In this document: positions 8,979-16,275 of the stretch, one piece after another
How the letters are laid out: each line of letters begins with the position of its first letter
How positions within the stretch are numbered: the stretch's first letter is position 1
Notes under the pieces: model-generated
Database searches by the model: none
What the model was told of the DNA's origin: nothing
What the model saw: only the letters and a program-made list of their open reading frames with translations
Made by a program: the position numbers and the translations under genes
DNA from: an uncultured Oligoflexus sp.
GTDB lineage: Bacteria > Bdellovibrionota_B > Oligoflexia > Oligoflexales > Oligoflexaceae
Direction: 5' to 3'
NCBI GenBank assembly: GCA_964236955.1
Contig: CAXSGP010000060.1
Coordinates: 1 to 28,670, forward strand
DNA length: 28,670 bases

Positions 8979-9075
8979 TTGCTCTTGGGATGAAAAGCAG
9001 GGTTATAATAACGATACGATCCGACCCTATCATCTTATAAGCGTCTCTCCGCCTGAACGGAGAAAGGAATGCTTT

Positions 9076-10164
9076 ATGCTGCTGAGAAGCCTGACGACAA
9101 CGCTGAGCTGCACAGCTCTGGCCCTAGTTCTTACCCTGCACCCCCGCGCGCCCTTACAAGCTGCCGAGAATCATTATGCCGATATTTTACAAAGAGCTTA
9201 CATCAGTAGCTCCAGCATAAGCCAGGAGACGCTCGATGGCTTTAAGATCTCGGAGGCTGCCGAAGCTTCTGCAATCAAAGAGCTATGCGCAAAAATTGGC
9301 ATAAAATTCAATCGCTTCGGCTGGGAAGCTGATCCCTGTGGCAAGCTGCCCTGGCGAGCGAGCCTGCACACTGTGAAAAATAACCCTCTGCTCTTTATCA
9401 CCTTTGGGACGGGTAGCGATGCGACGCTTATTTTGAGTGGCGTGCATCCGGATGAACTGACCCCCGTGCCCATGGGCTTTCGGCTTGCCCGCCACCTCAG
9501 GGAGCATCCGGAAGTCATCGCCAATGATCAACAGGTCATCATTGCGCCGATGGTCAATCCCGATGGCTTTTTTGTGGAAAATCCCACTCGCACCAACGCC
9601 CGAGGCGTTGATACGAATCGCAATTTTTTTACCCTTGATTGGTACGATAAATCGCTGAGCTGGTGGAAAACCCTAAAGATGAAAAAACTCTCCCACTTTC
9701 CCGGTCACTTTCCTAATTCTGAAGTTGAAACCGTGTTTCAGGTACGCATGATCGATGAGTTTCAACCTGACAAGATCCTCTCGATCCATGCGCCTCTTGG
9801 TTTTATCGACTATGACGGCCCTGGCGATCAAAAGCCCAGCACCTTGAGCGAGGCGGAACGAAAAGCCAAGGCCCTGGCCGGGGCAATCTCGCAAAAATCC
9901 AACAACTACCGTGTCGTCGACTATTCCTTCTATCCCGGCTCACTCGGCAACTTTGCGGGCAACGAACGCCATATCCCAACGATCACCCTGGAACTTGCCA
10001 CGACCGACGCCCGGCTGGTCGATCGCTACTGGGGCCAATTTCTGCCGGGGCTCTTGCAGGCGATCAGCTATCCCTTTAAAAAGTCTATTGAAAGGAGCAA
10101 CAATACGCACAAATTTTATAGCGATTTCAACGACAAGCCACGCCCGAAAACCGATAAATCCTAA
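9076..10164 (+). CDS. M14 zinc carboxypeptidase, murein peptide amidase A (MpaA)-like, with a predicted signal peptide
   Basis: GVHPDE (HxxE), NPDG, RTNARGVDTNRNF, SIHAP, PGSLG, TITLEL. SD AAAGGA precedes ATG 9076; hydrophobic N-terminus ending LQA-A. Confidence 0.85.
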   Translation: MLLRSLTTTLSCTALALVLTLHPRAPLQAAENHYADILQRAYISSSSISQETLDGFKISEAAEASAIKELCAKIGIKFNRFGWEADPCGKLPWRASLHTVKNNPLLFITFGTGSDATLILSGVHPDELTPVPMGFRLARHLREHPEVIANDQQVIIAPMVNPDGFFVENPTRTNARGVDTNRNFFTLDWYDKSLSWWKTLKMKKLSHFPGHFPNSEVETVFQVRMIDEFQPDKILSIHAPLGFIDYDGPGDQKPSTLSEAERKAKALAGAISQKSNNYRVVDYSFYPGSLGNFAGNERHIPTITLELATTDARLVDRYWGQFLPGLLQAISYPFKKSIERSNNTHKFYSDFNDKPRPKTDKS

Positions 10165-10235
10165 GCCCGTCGAATCAAATTGCCCTCCCCAATCAATCAT
10201 GCGATATTCCGCCGTCTAGGACGAAGGACGATTGC

Positions 10236-11387
10236 ATGGACACTGGCCGCTTGCTGACGCTTAAAGATTTTTCCTATGAAATTCCGGACGCCCTCGTGGC
10301 CCAAGAACCGTTAAGCGATCGCGCGGCCTCGCGCCTGCTCGTCCATCATGCCTCGGGCGCCATCGAACACAGCTCGATGCAAAAGCTCCCCGAGCTCCTG
10401 CCGCCGGGCACCCATCTTATCGTCAATGACACAAGGGTTGTTCCGGGCCGCCTTCTGGGTCACTCCATTCATGGCGGAAAGATCGAACTCATGCTGCTCC
10501 GACCGTTCGATCGGGAGCGAAACGTTTGGAGTGCGCTCGGCAAACCCTTTAAAAAATTAGCCGTCGGCAGGCAGATTTTTTTTCCAGGCGGCTGTATCGC
10601 CGAGGTCATCGCGCGCGAAGAGAGTGGCGCTCAGCCTTCGCTCGTCGTCCGATTCAATCTGCCCGATGAAGAATTTTGGGCTTGGATGGACAAGGAAGGT
10701 TATATCCCGTTGCCGCCTTATATCCATAGGAAAGACGCCCCCATCGCCCCCCAATCGACCGATCGCGAGCGCTACCAGACGATCTACGCCCGAGAAAAAG
10801 GATCGGTCGCAGCGCCAACCGCTGGCCTGCACTTTTCGGAGCCGCTGTGGCAGGCGCTACTCGACAAGGGGATCACACCCGTTCCCGTGACTCTTCATGT
10901 TGGTGGTGGCACGTTTCTGCCGGTAAAAGATGATGTCATTGGCAAGCACAGTATGCACAAGGAGCGCTATTGCGTGAGCGCAGCCTCCTATCAAAAGCTA
11001 CAGCACGCCCTCGCCACGGACCGGCCCATTGTGGCTGTCGGCACCACCTCGCTGCGTTGTATCGAATCCTTTGCGCGTCTGGCGGCCGAGCAACCCGCCG
11101 AGAATCTTTGGGACCGCTGGCATGAAACGGAATTATTTTTATATCCTAAAACGCAGGAAAGCCGCATTTCGCCTTGGGCGATCAGCGGCCTCATTACCAA
11201 TTTTCATCAATCGGAAAGCTCACTTTTAATGCTGGTTTCGGCTTTGATAGGCTATCGTGCCATTCAAGAGCTCTATCAAAAGGCGATTGCCGAACGCTAT
11301 CGCTTCTACAGCTATGGAGATGCAAGCCTTTTGTGGCTAGCCACCACAGCCGCCTCCCCGTCGCCTAACGTCGTTCCATCAACTTAA
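10236..11387 (+). CDS. queA: S-adenosylmethionine:tRNA ribosyltransferase-isomerase
   Basis: NDTRV, PLPPYI, DRERYQT.YA, GSVAAPTAGLHF, TLHVG.GTF, VGTT, TNFH, YRFYSYGDA. Confidence 0.97.
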   Translation: MDTGRLLTLKDFSYEIPDALVAQEPLSDRAASRLLVHHASGAIEHSSMQKLPELLPPGTHLIVNDTRVVPGRLLGHSIHGGKIELMLLRPFDRERNVWSALGKPFKKLAVGRQIFFPGGCIAEVIAREESGAQPSLVVRFNLPDEEFWAWMDKEGYIPLPPYIHRKDAPIAPQSTDRERYQTIYAREKGSVAAPTAGLHFSEPLWQALLDKGITPVPVTLHVGGGTFLPVKDDVIGKHSMHKERYCVSAASYQKLQHALATDRPIVAVGTTSLRCIESFARLAAEQPAENLWDRWHETELFLYPKTQESRISPWAISGLITNFHQSESSLLMLVSALIGYRAIQELYQKAIAERYRFYSYGDASLLWLATTAASPSPNVVPST

Positions 11388-11916
11388 CGAGAATTTGCAG
11401 ATCTTCTGCCTGCTGCTTTAAATGGGCGATGGTCGCATCTTTCATTTTGAGCTGGGACTCCAGGCTGTGGATACGCGCCTGAAACGAATCCTGCAGATGC
11501 TTTTCGATGGAATTGATGCGCGTCACCGTCTTATCGCAAAACTGCAGAAGCGACTGCGTATCGACCAGACTGTGCTCGGCGCGCAATAGATTCTGACTGA
11601 TCGCCTGGGGCAGGGTCTTATAGCTGGCTCCGGGTCTGGGGCTCGGTTCGCTTATATAGGAAGGCATCGCCTCCTGACGAGGCTCATAGCGAGTTTCGTG
11701 CCGAGGCTCAGGCGGAGGGGCAGGCGCGGCCGCCTGGAGCGGCATGACCTCGACGCTTTCCTCCAGGATCTCACCATTGGGACCGACCGGGATATAATAT
11801 TTCCCTTCTTTTAAAACCGCTTTGATACGGCCCGTTTTAATGCGACGTCTGATCGTCATATCAGATACTGCAAAAGTTCGAGCGTATTCAACTATGGAAA
11901 GCCATTGGTCAGCCAT
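11365..11916 (-). CDS. MerR/excisionase-like HTH protein with a Pro-rich linker and a C-terminal coiled coil
   Basis: WLSIVEYARTFAVSDMTIRRRIKTGRIKA....GKYYI winged-HTH pattern; heptad-like C-terminus; SD GAGGG before the ATG. Confidence 0.8.
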   Translation of the reverse strand: MADQWLSIVEYARTFAVSDMTIRRRIKTGRIKAVLKEGKYYIPVGPNGEILEESVEVMPLQAAAPAPPPEPRHETRYEPRQEAMPSYISEPSPRPGASYKTLPQAISQNLLRAEHSLVDTQSLLQFCDKTVTRINSIEKHLQDSFQARIHSLESQLKMKDATIAHLKQQAEDLQILVKLMERR

Positions 11917-11929
11917 AGCACCCTCACGA

Positions 11930-11962
11930 AGACTTAGAGATGATCCCAGCTTTTCTAAGTCT
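11930..11962. promoter_or_regulatory. Perfect 9-bp inverted repeat upstream of the HTH gene (operator or leader hairpin)
   Basis: AGACTTAGA-N15-TCTAAGTCT, 13 bp upstream of the ATG at 11916. Confidence 0.4.
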
Positions 11963-12011
11963 AGCGGAGTGCAGGGACCTAGGAAAAGCCAGCCAAATCC
12001 TTGACAGGGGC

Positions 12012-14459
12012 CTAGTCGAGGCTGACCGTGAGGTCGGCGCCCTGGGCCTGCACGTGGGCGGTTTTTTCCCCCTCACGCTGATCTTTAATGAGCAGGGAGG
12101 AAATAGGGTTTTCCACCAGCTCCTCGAGTTTGCGTTTGAGAGGTCGCGCTCCAAAATGGGCCGTGTCGATCGTATCGACCAGGACCTGCCGCGCCCCATC
12201 CGGAAAGTCGAGGCCAACCTTTAGCTTCTTTAAGCGGCTCTTCAGATCGGCGACGAGGATGTCCGTGATCTTTCGGAATTGGGTTTTGTCGAGGCGGTTA
12301 AAGATAATGATCTCATCAAGGCGATTGATAAACTCCGGTCGCAGGTAGCCCTTGACGATCTTTAAAACCTCTTTCGCCGCATCATCTTGCGACCAGTCGT
12401 TGACCTCAACCCCAATGCCGATCGGTGTCCGGCGCTCCGCCATCACATCAGAGCCAATGTTTGAGGTGCCGATGATAATGCAGTTGGCAAAACTCACCCG
12501 TTGCCCTTCGGCATCGGTCACCCAGCCCTCATCGAGAATCTGCAGAAGGATATTAAAGACATCGGGATGGGCCTTTTCAAATTCATCGAAGAGCACAACG
12601 GAATAGGGCTGCCGCTTCACCTTTTCCGTGAGCTGACCACCTTCCCCATAACCCACATAACCGGGGGGCGAGCCGATGAGCTTACTCACCTCATGCTTTT
12701 GCATGTACTCCGACATATCGATGCGAATGATGCGATTGGCATCATCAAGGACTTCGGCCGCGATGGCTTTGGCCAGTTCCGTCTTGCCCACCCCGGTGGG
12801 ACCAAGAAAGAGAAACGAAGCGATCGGTACATTGGGCCGGCGCAGGCCCGCCCGATTTCTTCGGATGGCGTTGGCAATGGATTTGATCGCATGATCCTGA
12901 CCGATGACGCGCTTCGCCAGGTGCTCCTCAAGCTGGAGAAGTTTGTCGGCTTCGGTAGCGATCATCTTGCGCAGGGGGATACCGGTTTTTTTGGAGACGA
13001 CCGCCGCTATCGCTTCGCGATCGACCCGAAAGTCGACCGAACCCTGGCTTTCGAGATAAGCCTGACGCGCGCCTTTTAATTCCTCCTCGAGTTGAGCCAG
13101 CTCCATCTGATAGCGGGCCATCAGCTCAAAATCCTGCTCGTTAAATGACTTTGATTTCTTTTCAATGAGGTCCTGCCGGCGTTTTTCTTCACGCCTAAGC
13201 TCAGGCGGCGAATAGATGGCCTTCAAATGGGCTATCGCTCCGGCCTCATCCATAAGATCGATAGCCTTGTCGGGCAGACTGCGATCGGGAATATAACGCG
13301 CCGAAAGTTCCGCAGCGGCGACGAGAGCATCGTGGGTGTATTGGATTGCATGATGTTTTTCATACTGGCCGCGGATACCCTCAAGGATACGAATACTGTC
13401 TTCTACCGTTGGCTCTTCAATACGGACGGCTTCAAAGCGCCGTGCCAGCGCCTTATCCGATTCGATATACTGTTTATACTCTCGATTGGTCGTGGCACCT
13501 ATGCACTGCAGCTGACCCCTTGCCAGGGCGGGCTTGAGCATGTTGGAGGCATCGAGGGCCCCCGACGCTCGGCCGGCGCCGACCACCGTATGAATCTCGT
13601 CGATAAAAAGAATGATATTGCCCTGCGAGGCAATGACCTCGTCCCGAATATTTTTTAAGCGTTCCTCAAACTCTCCCTGCATCTTCGCACCGGCCAGCAG
13701 CGTTGCGATCTCAAGGGAGATGATACGCTTATTGAGCAAATACTCGGGGGCATCCGCCGCCGCGATCCGATTGGCAAGGCCTTCGGCGATCACCGTTTTC
13801 CCTACGCCCGGCTCCCCAACCAGCAGGGGATTATTTTTTTTGCGGCGCGAGAGAATCTGTATCACCCGCTCGATTTCGTCGTCGCGACCGATGACAGGAT
13901 CAAGTTCACCCTTGCGCGCCAGCGCCGTGAGGTCGACCGTATACTCCTGAAGGGCGCTTTGCCGCGATTCCTCGTCCCGATCGGTAATCTTATGATTGCC
14001 ACGCATCTGATCGTAGGCTTTAGCACATTCGTCGTAGCCCAGGCCCACTTCTTCAAGGATTTTGGAGTTGCCTGGCACCGTGCGATCAAAGCTTGCCAGA
14101 AAAAGGGTTCCCGTTGAAATAAAGGTATCGCCGATGCGGCGGCGTTCGCGGTCGGCCGCTTCAAAAAGATTTTCGACATCCTTCGTCATTCGGATCTGAC
14201 CGATCTGACCCTGATGGAACTGGGGCATTTCACTGATGTAGACCAAAGCCCGGTCGACGATACCGCTGCGCAGTTCGGCAGCATCGTGATTGAGCTCCTT
14301 CATGATGCGGGTGGCGATCGAATCCTTTTGATCAATCAGGGCGATCAGGATTCCCTCGGCCCCGACCACCGATTTTTTTTGATTGGCATACTCCATCAGT
14401 GCCGCCTGCAGGGCTTCGGTCACTTTCACCGTCGAAATTTTCAAGAGCCTCTGAACCAT
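12012..14459 (-). CDS. clpC: ATP-dependent Clp protease ATP-binding subunit, ClpC-like
   Basis: Clp-N domain; two AAA+ modules (GEPGVGKT/LFIDE and GPTGVGKT/LFDEFEKAH); short coiled-coil middle domain; PIGIG loop at the ClpP-docking IGF/L position. SD GGAGGA precedes ATG 14459. Confidence 0.85.
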   Translation of the reverse strand: MVQRLLKISTVKVTEALQAALMEYANQKKSVVGAEGILIALIDQKDSIATRIMKELNHDAAELRSGIVDRALVYISEMPQFHQGQIGQIRMTKDVENLFEAADRERRRIGDTFISTGTLFLASFDRTVPGNSKILEEVGLGYDECAKAYDQMRGNHKITDRDEESRQSALQEYTVDLTALARKGELDPVIGRDDEIERVIQILSRRKKNNPLLVGEPGVGKTVIAEGLANRIAAADAPEYLLNKRIISLEIATLLAGAKMQGEFEERLKNIRDEVIASQGNIILFIDEIHTVVGAGRASGALDASNMLKPALARGQLQCIGATTNREYKQYIESDKALARRFEAVRIEEPTVEDSIRILEGIRGQYEKHHAIQYTHDALVAAAELSARYIPDRSLPDKAIDLMDEAGAIAHLKAIYSPPELRREEKRRQDLIEKKSKSFNEQDFELMARYQMELAQLEEELKGARQAYLESQGSVDFRVDREAIAAVVSKKTGIPLRKMIATEADKLLQLEEHLAKRVIGQDHAIKSIANAIRRNRAGLRRPNVPIASFLFLGPTGVGKTELAKAIAAEVLDDANRIIRIDMSEYMQKHEVSKLIGSPPGYVGYGEGGQLTEKVKRQPYSVVLFDEFEKAHPDVFNILLQILDEGWVTDAEGQRVSFANCIIIGTSNIGSDVMAERRTPIGIGVEVNDWSQDDAAKEVLKIVKGYLRPEFINRLDEIIIFNRLDKTQFRKITDILVADLKSRLKKLKVGLDFPDGARQVLVDTIDTAHFGARPLKRKLEELVENPISSLLIKDQREGEKTAHVQAQGADLTVSLD

Positions 14460-14766
14460 GTTGATCCTCCCGATGGGTGGCGCCGGGCCTAAGTGTGGCA
14501 AAATTCTCTGCTCGACTCTATCAAATCATTGGCGATTGTGCCGGATCTTCCCCAAAAGAAAAAAATGGCGGCGGCCCAAGGCAGGCCAAGCGCTGATCGC
14601 AAGAAAAGGCCGCTAAGGACCTGGGTCGGCCGAGACCAGCCCCCTTTTGTCCGGCATCAGCGATTTCTCCCTAGACGCGTCGTGGCGATCATTCCTTATG
14701 GACTTGCCAGCAACTCGCCCCGGGATTTTATTGCGGCAGCCCTTCGCAAATACCGGCTGTCCCAGA

Positions 14767-14868
14767 CTTGCTTTTTTTGGCACTGAAGATGACGCAAGAC
14801 CGAAACCCGAGCCCAAGGCCAAGGCCAAGGCCAATCTATTGGGGGCCAACGGCTCGGGTAGCCAAGAA
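14767..14868 (+). ncRNA. Candidate type I hammerhead ribozyme (variant or decayed)
   Basis: CUGAAGA (14783-89), then UGAC-GCAA-GACC, then GAAA (14802-05); 9-bp stem III ACCCGAGCC/GGCUCGGGU; GUA triplet (14858-60); 8-bp stem I UUUUUGGC/GCCAAGAA. Deviations: an extra A before C3 and a weak stem II. Confidence 0.55.
14813..14834. repeat. Hexamer tandem repeat (CCAAGG)x3.7
   Basis: CCAAGG CCAAGG CCAAGG CCAA, lying in the loop of the putative stem III. Confidence 0.8.
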
Positions 14869-14999
14869 CGTTGTTCAGAGAGAGTGGCATTTGAAGGCAG
14901 CAGCCATGGAATCGAAGCCGCAATCCCGACTCGCATGACTGCAATCGGGGTCTGCTTGCAACAGGCAAGCCACAGTCTTCAATATACGGGGACTTGGCA

Positions 15000-15015
15000 T
15001 GGCATTAGAGATGCT
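15000..15015 (+). promoter_or_regulatory. Putative sigma54 (-24/-12) promoter
   Basis: TGGCATTAGAGATGCT has exact GG-N10-GC spacing with TGGCA and TGCT flanks. Confidence 0.45.
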
Positions 15016-15126
15016 CGGGATTGGGCTTTTTTAGAATACTTTGCCGTAATCCCCCTCTTTTTAAAGAGGGGATGTAAGGCGCCATCCAAGAAAAAAAGAT
15101 ATAAATCCTTAAAAATCCGTGCTAAC

Positions 15127-15346
15127 ACCTGATCGTCGATACGCATTTAAAAACTGGGATGATGTTCTCATCCCTAACGTATCGAGTAACATCAGCGGCG
15201 TGGTTCCGCCTCCCTGGCCGTCAGGTCGGGCCGTAGCGCAAGGTGACACGTCACCCAATGCAAACCTTAAGCGGCGAAAGCTGCCTGCATTCTAACTACA
15301 GGCTGCTCGGTAATTTATTGCCGAGAGGATGTCACATCCAAGTTTT
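15127..15346 (+). ncRNA. Unassigned structured RNA (two multibranch domains plus 3' hairpins)
   Basis: Nested stems ACCTGA/TCAGGT, TCGATACG/CGTATCGA, GGGATGA/TCATCCC, GCCGTAG/CTAC(A)GGC, GGTGA-CACG-TCACC, AATGCA/TGCATT, GCGGC-GAAA-GCTGC and CTCGGTAA/TTGCCGAG. The G-U pairs and the GNRA loop favour the + strand. Confidence 0.55.
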
Positions 15347-15350
15347 GTCG

Positions 15351-16172
15351 CTAAGAAGCCGAATCGATAATCTGTTTTTTGGCGAAATCCACGGCCACAA
15401 GTTTAAGGTGATTCCTGGGCGCGGGCACCGTGCCTTCTTTTTCGGCGATGCGATCATAGATCTCGTTCCAAAGCTCGATGCGCAGATTCATAATGAGTTC
15501 GGCTGCCTTCTCGGCCTCGTCATTGAGCTGCACATCGTCGCCACAAAAAAGTTCCACGAGTCGACCTGAAGCGGAAAAGCCTGGCTTTTTCAGGCCTTCG
15601 ATATGGTGCTCAAAGTATTCGATCAGGCCTTCGGAAGCCGGTCCCAAGTGAGCGAGTTGGCAGAGAAAGTTATCAGGAATAAAGGGTTCACCTTCATAAA
15701 AAAGGATTGCGGCACGCTCGTGCAGGGGCCGCTCGGCAAAGGAAAGAATGCAGCGCGCATAGCGAGCAGCAAGGCTTGGGAAATGAGATTGTTGAAGGCC
15801 TATTTTCCAACTCTGGCCGTTTTCAAACATATCGAACAGACTCATCGTCGGACCCATATCGGCACCGATCAGCTGCATCGCTTCCAGGTAAAGTTCCAGG
15901 TGACTCGACAGCGAGCCGTCCGCCTGTTCCTCAAACTCCTCTTCAATCATGATGCCAGCAATAAGCTTTTGCGCTTCCTTTTGCGGATGCGACGCCAGAG
16001 GCACAATGCGTCCCACTAAATCCTGATAGAGATTGCGCAAAAGAAATCCATAGCCCCAAACGCAGAGAATGTGATGCTCAACAAAAATGCGGAGAGCCGT
16101 TTCATCTTGAATTTTCTTGTAGAGTTTGTGGTTTTCTAAAATCTGAAAATAGCGCTCAGTCATGAAAGACAT
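15351..16172 (-). CDS. DUF3050-like (heme-oxygenase-like helical fold) protein, divergent
   Basis: LRIFVEHHILCVW, SSHLELYLEAMQLIGAD, E..IP..F, YFEHHIE, R..LW resemble DUF3050 motifs. SD GGAGGA. Confidence 0.75.
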   Translation of the reverse strand: MSFMTERYFQILENHKLYKKIQDETALRIFVEHHILCVWGYGFLLRNLYQDLVGRIVPLASHPQKEAQKLIAGIMIEEEFEEQADGSLSSHLELYLEAMQLIGADMGPTMSLFDMFENGQSWKIGLQQSHFPSLAARYARCILSFAERPLHERAAILFYEGEPFIPDNFLCQLAHLGPASEGLIEYFEHHIEGLKKPGFSASGRLVELFCGDDVQLNDEAEKAAELIMNLRIELWNEIYDRIAEKEGTVPAPRNHLKLVAVDFAKKQIIDSAS

Positions 16173-16275
16173 AGTTGAGCTCCTCCGTGGGCCAAAAAAC
16201 TTGCAGCTTCGTATCGGTCTCTAGCGATTATACGGTAAGCAAGCTTGGCCGCCTAGAGCGGGCCAAAAACCTAAA

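Noticed and set aside
12012..14459. ClpB or T6SS ClpV assignment
   Set aside because: The middle domain is short, an IGI loop is present, and there are no T6SS genes, so ClpC-like fits better.
14813..14834. (CCAAGG)n as a phase-variation tract or CRISPR remnant
   Set aside because: Fewer than four units, a multiple of 3, not in a credible CDS, and no spacers or cas genes.
14493..15132. ORFs 14493..14786, 14613..14936, 14647..15132 and 14696..14968
   Set aside because: They overlap each other and show no convincing SD or motif. Their KAKAKA, LALALA and WPWPWP runs are just translations of the CCAAGG repeat.
15205..15303. HDV-like ribozyme suggested by GCC-UCCCU-GGC and CUAA before a stem
   Set aside because: L3 is too short, and P1, P1.1 and P2 cannot be arranged in the nested double-pseudoknot order.
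15257..15306. c-di-GMP-I (GEMM) riboswitch suggested by GCAAACC...GAAA
   Set aside because: It lacks the GACGCAAAGC junction and the second hairpin with its receptor.
15243..15569. + strand ORF crossing the structured RNA
   Set aside because: Mostly antisense to the DUF3050 gene and without protein-like features.
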